Positions 41,162-53,009 of a stretch of 56,872 bases of DNA are shown here, piece after piece (within the stretch, counting starts at the first letter, position 1; each line of letters opens with the position of its first letter). The position numbers and the translations under genes were made by a program. The stretch is from Prorocentrum cordatum (lineage: Eukaryota): positions 62,001-118,872 of the forward strand of contig CAUYUJ010000058.1 in the NCBI GenBank assembly GCA_963575745.1, written 5' to 3'. Under the pieces are notes generated by a model. It was not told the origin of the DNA. It was given only the letters and a program-made list of their open reading frames with translations, and ran no database searches.

Positions 41162-41586
41162 CTGGACCTGCATCCGCGGCCTTGCGGGATCGGGCCCTGG
41201 GCTGCGACCCCGCGGATGCGCAGACGTCCGACGTGTCCAGAGAAACCCGAGGCGGAGGCGCCTCGCAGCCCTCAGCCTCCGAGGGGACCCCACTGGGCCC
41301 CGGGACCGTCCGTCGACGCGGGAGGAGGAGGAGGAGCAGGCCCCGAGGAACGGGCCCGGACCTCTGGGGGCCCCCGCGTTGCGAGGCTCGAGCCCCGGGC
41401 CGCGACCCCTCCGGATGCCCAGGCATCCGACGTGCGGGATGCCCCCCGCTCCTCTGGTCCTCGGCTCGCCCTGCCGGGTGAGGCGCCGAGGCGCGTGTCC
41501 GAGCGTCGGAGAGTGCGCCTGGGCCGGGGCCGCCCCGAGGTTTCGCTCGCGCTGCGGGCTATGCCGGCAGGGCTCTCTCCCTTTGG

Positions 41587-42454
41587 CCCAGACCCCCGAC
41601 GTCATGAATTTTTCATGACGCGACCCCCAGAGGTCCGGACCTATTCGCCGGGACCGGTGTTTCACCCTGAGCTGTTTTTTGCCGGTCCCGAGGGCCGGTA
41701 TAAGGGCCCCCAGAGGCGGAAAATACAGAGACACCTTCCGTCGTGATTTTTTCATGACTCGGGGGAGGAGGAGAGGAGAGGAGGAGGAGGAGGAGGAGAG
41801 AGGAGGAGGGAGGAGGAGGATGGAGGAGGAGGAGGAGGAGGAGGAGGAGGAGGAGGAGGAGGAGGAGGAGGAGGAGGAGGAGGAGGAGGAGGAGGAGGAG
41901 GATGAGGAGGAGGAGGAGGGGAGGAGGAGGAGGAGGAGAGAGGAGGAGGAGAGAGGAGGAGGAGGGGAGGGGGAGGGGGAGGGGGGAGGGGCGAGGGGAG
42001 GGAGGAGGGGGAGGGGGAGGGGGAGGGGGAGGGGGGGCGGGGAGGAGGAGGAGGAGGAGGGGGAGGAGGAGGGGGTCTGGGGGGCCTGCAGCTCGTCCTC
42101 CCGAGCCGTGCGCTGCCAGTCCCAGGGGCCCCGGCGGCCCCGCGCCCTCGGGGGCCGGCGGGTGCGGAGAAGCACCGCCGCGCCGCGCCTCCCTCGAGAC
42201 AGGGCGGAGGCCCGGGTGCCGGGCGTTTGTGCCGCGGGCGCCCCCCGCGCGGAGTGCACCTCTCGCCGACCCAGGCCCCCTCGAGTCGTGGAAAAATCAC
42301 GACGGCAAGTTTTTCTGTATTTTCCGCCTCTGGGGGCCCTTACCGGCCCTCGGGACCGTCAAAAAACAGCTCGGGATGAAACACCGGTCCCGGCGAATAG
42401 GTCCGGACCTCTGGGGGTCGCGTCATGAAAAATTCATGACGTCGGGGGTCTGGG
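41587..42454. mobile_element. Foldback element with ~180-bp inverted repeats around (GAG)n
   Basis: 41587-41765 is the reverse complement of ~42276-42454 (CCCAGACCCCCGACGTCATGAATTTTTCATGACGCGACCCCCAGAGGTCCGGACCTATTCGCCGGGACCGGTG...). Confidence 0.85.
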
Positions 42455-42884
42455 GAGCGCGTTCCACTGCTCGCAACATGCCTCCTCGCAAGCGTCCGAA
42501 CGACGCACGTGCCCGTTTTCGGTGCAAAATCCATCGTGGAGCCCCCGCGGCGGCTCCGGGCCACCTGCGAGCAGTTGCTTTCGAGTAGAGGAACGCGCTC
42601 GTCGAACGTCCGTGTGGCCGCGAGCCTCCGCGGGGAGCTCGCCTGGGATCCCCGACCCCGCCGGGCGCGGCTGTGGGCGCGGGCTCGGCGGCGCTCCCGG
42701 AGGCCGCGCGGGAGGCGGCGCGAGGACGCCCGGGCGGGCAACCCGCGCCCGTGGTCCGCGGGCGGTTTGTGCGCACCGCGCCGGCGTCTCCCGAGGCGTC
42801 GTCGAGCCTCGCCCCAGGGAAGAGGAGGAGGAAGGAGGAGGAGGAGGAGGAGGAGGAGGAGGAGGAGGAGGAGGAGGAGGAGGA

Positions 42885-45800
42885 GGGTTTGAGGGCAAGA
42901 CGGCCCAAGAGGCGCCCAAGACGGCCCAAGAGGGCCCCAAGACGGCCCCAAGAGGGGGACCACGAACCGAAAAGTCTAGCCTATCGCCCCAAGACGCTCC
43001 CAGGAGGCCCCCAGAGCCCCCCAAGAAGCCCCAAGAGGCCCCCAAGATGCGTCCCAAGAGGCCACCAGGAGGCCAAAATCATTGATGCCCCATGGGAAAA
43101 GGTACCTTTTTAGCATACACGGCTTTTCGGTTTCACGGCGTTGAAGACGGTCCAAGAGGCCCCCAAGACCGCCCCAAGACTGCCCAAGAGGCCCCCAAAA
43201 GGGTCCAAGAGGGCCCCAAGACGGCCCAAGAGGCGCCCAAGACCGCCCAAGAGGGCCCCAAGGTGGCCCCAAGAGGGGGACCACGAACCGCAAAGTTTAG
43301 CTCTTCGCCCCAAAAAGCTCCCAGGAGGCCCCCAGAGCCCCCCAAGAAGTCCCAATTGGCTCCCAAGAGGTTCCCAAAAGGGTTCCAAAAAGGCGCCAAT
43401 AGGACTCCCAAGAAGGCCCAGAGACGCCAAATCAGAGCGATCGGTAACGCAAAAAGCTCTTCACACCAAGGCTCCCAAGAGCGAACGGTGACGTAAACCA
43501 GCTGATAAGACCAAGGCTCCCAGGCTCCCAGCAGAGAGCGGTGACGTAACAAGTTCCTGACACCAAGGCCCAGCCAAGGCTCAGGAACGGGCGGCACCGC
43601 AACAATCTCTGAACACCAAGGCTCCCACGAGCGAGGGGTGACGTAACAAGCTCTCACAACGCCAAGTAATTTCGGTTTCTGTTTCTGAAGCGCTCTTTCT
43701 CTTTCCGTGCCGGGCCAGGTAACGGAAAGAGCAATGTACGAGTGATGACGTTGTGTTTGGGCGAAGCCCTTCAGGGAGGGGTCCAGGGGAGGGGCGAGGC
43801 GGAGACGCAGGGTTGGTAATGGCCGTTTTCGGGTTTCCCTTGGGTTATTGCATGTTTTTCGGGTTCCCTCCCAAGACGGCCCAAGAGCGCTCCAAGATAG
43901 CCCAAGACGGCCCAAGAGGCCCCCAAGAGGCGCCCAAGGGGCGTCCAAGAGGACCCCAAGAGGCCAAACTCATTGATTTTCCTAAGGAAAACGTGCATTT
44001 TTAGCATATACGGCTTTTCGGCTTTCGCAGCGTTGACGATGACGACAGCCCAAGAGGCCCCCAAGACCGCCCCAAGACGGCCCAAGAGGCTCCCAAAAGG
44101 CCCCCAACACGGCCCAACCAAGAGGGCCCCAAGACGGCCCCAAGAGGGGGACCACGAACCGCAAAGTTTAGCTCTTCGCCCCAAAAAGCTCCCAGGAGGC
44201 CCCCAGAGCCCCCCAAGAAGTCCCAATTGGCTCCCAAGAGGTTCCCAAGAGGCCTCCAAGGGCGCGAAAAGGGCTCCAATCGGATCCCCAAGAAGGCCCA
44301 GAGACGCCAAACAAAGAGCGATCGGTCACGCATTACCATGTCAGGACCACTCAATGCTGACTGTCATTCTGAAGGACCCGCAGTGCGCAAGAAGAGCACC
44401 CAACAGTGATTTCAGAAGAGCGCAGCAAGAAGAGGAACGGCAACTATACAAAATGGAAGCACAGGGGCGTTGAAAGAAACGCGTATGACGTACCTCCGAA
44501 TGATCCTAGTGGAACGTACCTCCGCTGGGCCACGAAAGTGGCGACAGTTGCGCAGATCGCAAGCCCCCCAGAGGGCGCCGAGGTCCCGAGGTGATCTGCG
44601 TGGGACCCACCTCCGCTGGGCCTCCCAGGAGCCAACGAAAGCGGCAATAGTTGCGAAAATCGCAAGCCCCCAGGGCACAGCGAGGTCCCGAGGTGATTCG
44701 CGTGGGACCCACCTGCGTTGGGCCTCCCAGGAGCCCACGAAAGTTGCGACAGTTGCGCAGATCGCAAGCCCCCAAGGCGGCGGCGAGGTTCCGAGGTGAT
44801 CCGCGTGGGACGTACCCCGCTGGGCCTCACAGGAGCCCACGAAAGTGGCGACGGTTGCGCAGATCGCAGCCCCCAGGGCACCGCGAGGTCTCGAGGTGAT
44901 CCGCGTTGGACGTACCTCCGCTGGGCCTCCCAGGAGCCCACGAAAGCAGCAATAGTTGCGAAAATCGCAAGCCCCCCAGGGGGCGGCGAGGTCCCGAGGT
45001 GATCCGCGTGGGACGTACCTCCGCTGTGCCTCCCAGGAGCCCACAAAAGTGGCGACAGTTGCGCAGATCGCAGCCCCCAGGGCACAGCGAGGTCTCGAGG
45101 TGATCCGCGTGGGATCCACCTCCGCTGAGCCTCCCAGGAGCCCACGAAGGTGGCGACAGTTGGGCAGGTCGCAGCCCCCAGGGCGCCGCGAGGTCCCGAG
45201 GTGGTCCGCGTTTGACGTACCCCCGCTGGGCCTCCCAGGAGCCCACGAAAGTGGCGACAGTTGCGCAGATCGCAGCCCCCAGGGCACCGCGAGGTCCCGA
45301 GGTGATCCGCGTTGGATGTACCTCCGCTGGGCCTCCCAGGAGCCCACGAAAGTGGCGACAGTTGCGCAGATCGCAGCCCCCCAAGGGCACCGCGAGGTCC
45401 CGAGGTGATCCGCGTTGGATGTACATCCGCTGGGCCTCCCAGGAGCCAACGAAAGTGGCGACAGTTGCGCAGATCGCAGTCCCCCAGGGCACCGCGAGGT
45501 CCCGAGGTGATCCGCGTGGGACGCACCTCCGCTGGGCCTCCCAGGAGCCCACGAAAGTGGCGACAGTTGCGCAGATCGCAGCCCCCCAGGGCGCCGCGAG
45601 GTCTCGAGGTGATCCGCGTGGGACCCACCTCCGCTGGGCCTCCCAGGAGCCCACGAAAGTGGCGACAGTTGCGCAGATCGCAGCCGCCCAGGGCACCGCG
45701 AGGTCCCGAGGTGATCCGCGTTTGACGTACCTCCGCTGGGCCTCCGAGGAGCCCACGAAAGTGGCGACAGTTGCGCAGATCGCAGCCCCCCAAGGGCACC

Positions 45801-48520
45801 GCGAGGTCCCGAGGCGATCCGCGTTGGACGTACCTCCGCGGCCTCCCAGAGCCCACGAAAGTGGCGACAGTTGCGCAGATCGCAGCCCCCCAGGGCACCG
45901 CGAGGTCCCGAGGTGATCCGCGTGGGACGCACCTCCGCTGGGCCTCCCAGGAGCCCACGAAAGTGGCGACAGTTGCGCAGATCGCAGCCCCCCAGGGCGC
46001 CGCGAGGTCCCGAGGTGATCTGCGTTGGACGTACCTCCGCTGGCCTCCCAGGAGCCCACGAAAGTGGCGACAGTTGCGCAGATCGCAGCCCCCCCAGGGC
46101 GCCGCGAGGTCCGAGGTGATCCGCGTGGGACCACCTCCGCTGGGCCTCCCAGGAGCCCACGAAAGTGGCGACAGTTGCGCAGATCGCAGCCCCCCAGGGC
46201 ACCGCGAGGTCCCGAGGTGATCCGCGTGGGACGCACCTCCGCTGGGCCTCCCAGGAGCCCACGAAAGTGGCGACAGTTGCGCAGATCGCAGCCCCCCAGG
46301 GCGCCGCGAGGTCCCGAGGTGATCTGCGTTGGACGTACCTCCGCTGGCCTCCCAGGAGCCCACGAAAGTGGCGACAGTTGCGCAGATCGAAGCCCCCCCA
46401 GGGCGCCGCGAGGTCCTGAGGTGATCCGCGTGGGATCCACCTCCGCTGGGCCTCCCAGGAACCAACGAAAGTGGCGACAGTTGCGCAGATCACAGCCCCC
46501 CAGGGCACCGCGAGGTCCCGAGGTGATCCGCGTTGGACGTAGTACCTCCGCTGGGCCTCACAGGAGCCCACGAAAGTGGCGACAGTTGCGCAGATCGTAG
46601 CCCCCCAGGGCACCGCGAGGTCCCGAGGTGATCCGCGTGCCTCCCAGGAGCCCACGAAAGTGGCGACAGTTGCGCAGATCGCAGCCCCCCAAGGGCACCG
46701 CGAGGTCCCGAGGTGACCCGCGTTGGATGTACCTCCGCTGGGCCTCCCAGGAGCCCACGAAAGTGGCGACGGTTGCGCAGATCGCAGCCCCCCAGCGCGC
46801 CGCGAGGTCCCGAGGTGATTCGCGTTGGACGTACCTCCGCTGGGCCTCCCAGGAGCCCACGAAGTGGCGACAGTTGCGCAGATCGCAGCCCGACGGCACG
46901 ATAGAAGAGGAGAGGGGAACACAGGAAATAGGAGAGGAGGAGGGGAGGAGGGGGGAGGAGAAGGAGAAGGAGGCCGGGGCGACCACACTGCTGTATTCAA
47001 AACGAGTACCCAACCATAGGAGGGTTGGGAAAAGCTGCTCTTCACACCAAGGCTCCCAAGAGCGAACGGTGACGTAAACAAGCTGATAAGACCAAGGCTC
47101 CCAGCAGAGAGCGGTGATGTAACAAGTTCTTGACACCAAGGCCCAGCCAAGGCTCAGGAACGGGCGGCACCGCAACAATCTCTGAACACCAAGGCTCCCA
47201 CGAGCGAGGGGTGACGTAACAAGCTCTCAACGCTAAGGCTCCCAGTACGAACGGTGCTGCGAGAAATTTCGGTTCCTGTTTCTGACGCGCTCTTTCAGTT
47301 TCTGTGCCGGGCCAGGTAACGGAAAGAGCGAGTTACGAGTGATGACGTTCTGGTGTGGGCGAAGCCCTAAAGGGAGGGGTTCCAGGGGAGGGGGAAGGCC
47401 AGACGAATGAGTGTTAATGGCCGTTTTGGGGGGTTTTCCCTCGGGTTTTTGCATGTTTTTCGGATTTCTTTTTTTTTCGTCCCAGAAGTGCCCAAGACCG
47501 CCCAAGACCGCCCAAGACAGCCCCAAGACGTCCCAAGATGCCCCCAAGACGCCCCAAGAGGCGCCCAAGGGGCGCCCAAAGAGGGTCCCCAGAGGCCAAA
47601 ATCATAGATTTTCGATTGTGAAACGTATATTTTTAGCATATACGGCTTTTCGCCTATCATGGCGTTGACGACGGCCCAAGAGGCCCCCAAGACCGCCCCA
47701 AGACGGCCCAAGAGGCTCCCAAGAGGCCCCAAAAACGGCCCAAGAGGGCCCCCAGACGGCCCAAGAGGCGCCCAGGACGGCCCACGAGGGCCCCAAGACG
47801 GCCCCAAGAGGGGGACCACGAACCGAAAAGTCTAGCTTATCGCCCCAAGACGCTCCCGGGAGGCCCCCACAGCCCCCCCAAGAAGCTCCAAGAGGCCCCC
47901 AAGAGGCGTCCCACGAGGCCAACAGGAGGCCAAAATCATAGATTTTCGATGGGGAAACGTACATTTTTAGCACACACGGCTTTTCGGCTTTCACGGCGTC
48001 GACGACGGTCCAAGAGGCCCCCAAGACCGCCCCAAGACGGCCCAAGAGGCTCCCAAGAGGCCCCCAAAACGGCCCAAGAGGGCGCCAAGACGGCCCTAGA
48101 GGCGCCCAGGACGGCCCACGAGGGCCCCAAGACGGCCCCAAGAGGGGGACCACAAGACGCTCCCAGGAGGCCCCCACAGACCCCCAAGAAGCCCCCAGAG
48201 GCCCCCAAGAGGCCCCCAAGAGGCCACCAGGAGGGCCCGCAAAGGGACCCCCACGAAGGCCCAGAGACGCCAAGAGCGATCGGTAATGCAAAAAGCTCTT
48301 CACATCAAGGCTCCCCAGAGCGAACGGTGACGTGAACAAGCTGATAAGACCAAGGATCCCAGCAGAGAGCGAGCGGTGACGCAACAAGTTCCTGACACCA
48401 AGGCCCAGCCAAGGGTGACGTAACCAGCTCTCAACGCCAAGGCTCCCGGTACGAACGGTGGTGTGAGTGATTTCGGTGTCTGTTTCTGACGCGCTCTTTC
48501 CGTTTCTGTGCCGGCCCAGG
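42885..48520. repeat. Tandemly reiterated composite repeat built on a CCCAAGA(G/C) satellite and ACCAAGGCTCCC/GGTGACGTAAC modules; interrupted at 44333-47029
   Basis: Modules recur at 42885-43750, 43750-44332, 47030-47350 and 47350-48520. A reverse-strand (CTCTTGG) satellite of similar type occurs at ~4290-4680, 36276-36420 and ~48610-49140. Confidence 0.8.
44500..46891. repeat. ~102-bp tandem satellite (~24 copies)
   Basis: The unit CACGAAAGTGGCGACAGTTGCGCAGATCGCAGCCCCCCAGGGCACCGCGAGGTCCCGAGGTGATCCGCG...CCTCCGCTGGGCCTCCCAGGAGCC recurs from 44531 to 46858. Confidence 0.97.
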
Positions 48521-49366
48521 TCTAATGGCTTTCGGCCCATCCCGCCACCGTGCTTGGGTTGTGTGCCACAGGCCTCTAGACTCTAGGATGTTCGCTGGGA
48601 TGTTCGCTGGGAGGCCTCTCGGGGGCCTCTAAGGGGCCGTTTGGAGCCTTCTCGGAGCCCGTTTTGGGGCCTCCTGGGGTTTCTTGGGGGCCTCCTGGTG
48701 GTCCCTTGGGGCCTCGCTCGGGGCCTCCTGGGGGCCTGTCGGGCGGAGGGCCAGGATGTTCGGCTCGTGCTCCTTCCCCCTCGTGGGCCCTCCCTGGGGC
48801 TGTCTTCGGGCCCTCTTTGGGCGCGCCTGGGGCCGTCTTGGAGCCCTCTCGGGCCGCGTTGGGGCCCTCCTGGGAAGCCTTTTGGGCCGTTTTGGGGCGG
48901 TCCTGGGGGCCTTTGGGCCGTCTTGGAGCGTCGGGAGCTCGAGAAGTCGAGGACCAACGAATCATTGAAAAACCTACTCTTGGGAAGGCGGGGCTCTCCT
49001 GGGGCGTTTCGGAGGCCTCTTGGGCCGTCTTGGGACCATCTTGGGCGTCTTGGTGCGATCTTCGGGCGTCTCGGGGCCTTCTTGGACCGTCTCAGGGGCC
49101 TCCCGAGGCCCTCTTGGCCCGTCTTGGGGCCCTCCTGGGTCCGAAATAGTCGTGCGACAAGGCGCGGGGACATTCGACAATTTGGGGCTCGGGCCCCCGA
49201 AGCACTCCTCAGGAGTGAGGACGGGGGCTCAAGACATCGGGCAAGGGAGACCGGAGGACGCGCCCGCTCCGTGCCCAGCGGCACGGTGGCGGACATGCGG
49301 CCCCAGACTGTTGGGGTGGAGTCCTTGGGGGAGGGGGGGGAGAAGGTGGGGGTGGGGGCACGAGTA

Positions 49367-49516
49367 CGAAGGGTTGCAAAAAAACGAAGGGTTGCAACAA
49401 AAACCGAAGGGTTGCAACAAAAACCTGGGTTGCAAAAAAACCCTTGGGTTTTTTGAAGGGTTGCAAAAAAAACCCAGGGTTTTTTTTGCAATCCTTGGTT
49501 TTTTTGCAACCCTTCG
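49367..49516. repeat. Small inverted-repeat element built of GAAGGGTTGCAA units
   Basis: CGAAGGGTTGCAAAAAAAC ... GTTTTTTTGCAACCCTTCG. Confidence 0.7.
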
Positions 49517-50102
49517 CCCCTCTTTGCCGTCTCCGTCCGAAGACCTGCGACCCCCGGCCCGATTCCTCGGGACAGAGCTCTGGGGGGTCTGTGGGCGTGC
49601 CGTCGGAGGTTGTCCCACTGCCTGCTCTCGAATGGGACCCCGGGGTCCGACGGCCCGTGCCCAGGTCTGCAGCGCCTGCACCTCCTTGCCCTTCCCCACT
49701 CCTCCTCCCTATGGGCTTCGAGTAAGGGATCGACTACAGAATTGGTCACCCCCAAAAATGTTGTCCGCTGAATCTAGACAAGTATAGATGATACTCCGTA
49801 TACCTGAGGGGCGTTGTGTTCATGTGTTTGTAGATTCGACGTAAGCCAATGTTGGGGTACATCAGTTCTGTAGTCGATCCCATACTCGAGGGATTCAGTG
49901 TTTGTGTTGTTCCCCGGACATGCTGCGTCTTATCTAGTTCAATGCGCGGCCCCCGCAAGTCCCGACCCCTTTCCAGAGGCTGGCTGTTCATCGCTCGTTC
50001 TTCGATGGCCCCGGGGCCCGGCAGGGGCCCTTTTGAGGGCCAGAGACGGCGAACAAACAGCGTTTTGATTTTTGTTGAGACGTTGCTTGTTTGGGATTCC
50101 TA

Positions 50103-50275
50103 CAGTCAAAAATCCTAATAAGGACGCGCGTCCTTGCTCAGGGTACCCTTGCGTCCTTGGTCTTCCTTGCTCTTGCGTCCTTGAGGTTGTCGTCGTCCGC
50201 CGCCCCAAAAATCCCAGCTTCGGCTTCCAAGGGTCTTGCGTCCTTACCGCGCGTCCTTATTAGGGTTTTTGACTG
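50103..50275. mobile_element. Tc1/mariner-type MITE (173 bp) with TA target duplication
   Basis: TA|CAGTCAAAAATCCTAATAAGGACGCGCG ... CGCGCGTCCTTATTAGGGTTTTTGACTG|TA; 28-bp TIR with 1 mismatch. Confidence 0.88.
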
Positions 50276-51572
50276 TAATTCCTTGTAGGTCTGAGCGCGT
50301 GCTGGAGACAGCTTGCCCCTGGCGGTAACGGGCGTGAGCGGGGAAGGGGGAGGAGGGCCGGCCACGTCACGACTCGCGCCCCGACGGCGCCGGCGCGAGT
50401 CGTGACTTGAGGAGGAGGAGGAGGAGGAGGAGGAGGAGGAGGAGGAGGAGGAGGAGGAGGAGGAGGAGGAGGAGGAGGAGGAGGAGGAGGAGGAGGAGGA
50501 GGAGGAGGAGAGGAGGAGGAGGAGGAGGAGGAGGAGGGAGGAGGGAGGAGGGAGGAGGGAGGAGGGAGGAGGAGGAGGAGGAGGACGGAACAAAATCTCG
50601 GACACGAGCAAACGGTACAAACACAAATTTTTGGCGCTCCGCGCGGGTTTCTTGGATCCGCGCTGGGCCCCCCCGGCGGCGCCTCGGGCCCGTCTTCGTT
50701 TTGTTTTTCGTCCTATTGAGTTGTTTTTGAGGGTCCCAAGGCCCGGCGAGGGCTCTGGCGAGGGAAAAAATCGCCCGCTCCAATTTTTCTGGTGCGTCGG
50801 ATCTCTGAGTAGGTCCAGGGTTTAGGGCTTAGTGGGCCCCGGGAACGGCAGGGCCGTTTGTTCATTGTGTTCGAAAAGTGTCTTGAAAATGGAAGCAGTA
50901 AAAAAACGGCGGCCAGAAACTGCAAAAAACGGCTCCGGGATTGGAACCGGAACCGGCCACAAAAATGGCGACGGAGCTAGCAAAACAACGGCGCCGGGCC
51001 CGGCCACAAAACGGCAAAACGGAACCGGTAAACAAACCGCCTTGTCGTTTCCAGTGCCCGCTAAGGTCCAGGGGATAAATAAACGGCCTCTTGGGATTCT
51101 AGGCTTCCCAGATGCGGTCTGAGTAGATGGAGTCGAAGGGTCGCCCCGCATCGCCGATACATCGCCGATGCGGCTCGATGTAGATCCTGTTTTGCTTCAC
51201 GTCCATGTCGGCGATGCATCGCTGACGTCGGCGACGCATTGCCGACGCATCGCTGATGCATCGCCGACGCATCGGCGATGTGGCGCGATCCTTCGGCCCC
51301 GCCTACTCCGACCCCATCTAGGAGGTCTCTACAGTGGAAACCCATGCCAAAAGACACCCTGCTTGCCTCCAGGGTGCTCTGAGTTTCTTGGGCTTCGATG
51401 GCCTTGCCATGGGGCGCGTGACGCTCCCACACCAAGAGTCGATGAAGTCTTGGGATTATTGTGGAAGGTTTCTTGTGGTCGGGCCCCCACTGTAGTTTTT
51501 TTGGGGGGGGGGGGGGATCGTGGCCCAGGGAGCCTCGGGAGAGGGTGGCGGTGCATGGTGGGAATGACGGCA

Positions 51573-51605
<33 letters not shown>

Positions 51606-51827
51606 GAGGAGGAGGAGGAGGAGGAGGAGGAGGAGGAGGAGGAGGAGGAGGAGGAGGAGGAGGAGGAGGAGGAGGAGGATGGGATGGGATGGGATGGGCT
51701 CCATCGCGGTGCGATAATACAAATTTCTAGGCTCCCCGCCACTCTGACCTCCTCCAGCAACGCGACGACCCAGAACGGGAACCCGAGTACACGAAGGAGA
51801 GGTGGAAGCCGTACGAGTCGAAGTAGT

Positions 51828-52580
51828 TCAGCTCTGCTTGCACTCCTCCGAGCCCGAAGCGCCACGTAGAGCATCGGCGTCTCGGAGGAGCCGCGCACGC
51901 TCAGCGCTGGTCGCCCAACGCTCGGCAGCCGACGGGGCAGGGGTGGCTGCCGCCATCGCCGTCCCGAGCCCGCGCAGCAGCGCACCAACGTCCGCGCCAA
52001 CGCCTCCGTCACGAGCACCCGCGCCCGCCTCCACCGCATCAGGGGAAGCTACCCCCCGCAGGGGCCCCGCGGGAGGGATTGCGGCCGCGCCTGGCGCCTC
52101 CGCAGCGAAGGGAGCGGCCTCTCCCTGGACTCGAGGGCCCACGGCACGCTCTTCGCCCTTCGGCGCCTCCTCCGACGGCACATCGGCGAAGTCCTCCACG
52201 ATGACCGCGGGCTCCAGCACGGAGTCGGCGGCCGCACCAGTGACTCCGCCAGGCGCCACCTCCGCCTGCTGAGGAGTGCTGGTGATTTCCTGCACGGCGC
52301 CCTCATCTCCAGCTCCCGCACCTGCTTCGCCATGAGCCCGACCCTCGGCAGGGTCTCCAGGCGGGCCCTCCAGGAGCGCCAGGCGAACCGCATGGCCCAG
52401 CCTCGACAGCTGCTGGCCGCGGTGCACCGTGATGGCCTCGAAGGCCTGCAGCAGGTGCTGCGCCGCCCGCCCCTGCGCCCGCGCATACTGCGCGCGGCGC
52501 CCCGCGGCAGAGCGGTTCGGGCGGCGGCGGCAGCACAGCCGCAGCCCGGCCGACCGGTCCATCCCGCGGCGAAGGGACAC
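51828..52580 (-). CDS. Hypothetical 250-aa ORF, possibly a retroelement ORF1 fragment
   Basis: Non-repetitive open frame with a helical-looking core RRAQYARAQGRAAQHLLQAFEAITVHRGQQLSRLGHAVRLALLE followed by an Ala/Glu/Pro-rich linker. No domain recognised with certainty. Confidence 0.3.
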   Translation of the reverse strand: MSLRRGMDRSAGLRLCCRRRPNRSAAGRRAQYARAQGRAAQHLLQAFEAITVHRGQQLSRLGHAVRLALLEGPPGDPAEGRAHGEAGAGAGDEGAVQEITSTPQQAEVAPGGVTGAAADSVLEPAVIVEDFADVPSEEAPKGEERAVGPRVQGEAAPFAAEAPGAAAIPPAGPLRGVASPDAVEAGAGARDGGVGADVGALLRGLGTAMAAATPAPSAAERWATSAERARLLRDADALRGASGSEECKQS

Positions 52581-53009
52581 GGGCGCGACGAGGAGGGGAG
52601 GGAGGGCCCCTGGGCGGCGCGGGAGCGCCGTGGCGCTGGCTCGGGGGCCACGGTTTGGCCCGAGCTGGCGCTAGGAGGAGGAGGAGGAGGAGGAGGAGGA
52701 GGAGGAGGAGGAGGAGGAGGAGGAGGAGGAGGAGGAGGAAGCGGGAGGAGAGGAGGCGGAGGAGGCGGAGGAGGCGGAGGAGGCGGAGGAAGAAGAAGAA
52801 CAATCATAAGAAGAAGAAGAAGAAGAAGAAGAGGAGGAGGAGGAGGAGGAGGAGGAGGGAATGGGAATGGGAGTGGGGTTCCTCGTCCCTGTGCAGTCTG
52901 TTCGAGCGTGTGCCGCTCCTCCCCTGCCCAGGACCGGGCCCCGCCGCGCGCGGCGAGCGGCCCGCGCAGGGCGCGGGCGGCCGAGGCAACGGGGAGTGGC
53001 ACAAGCAGG

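Noticed and set aside
44412..47150. 912-aa and 673-aa ORFs, or a CRISPR-like array
   Set aside because: This is a stop-poor GC-rich 102-bp tandem satellite with frames shifting between units. The whole unit repeats, with no unique spacers and no cas genes.
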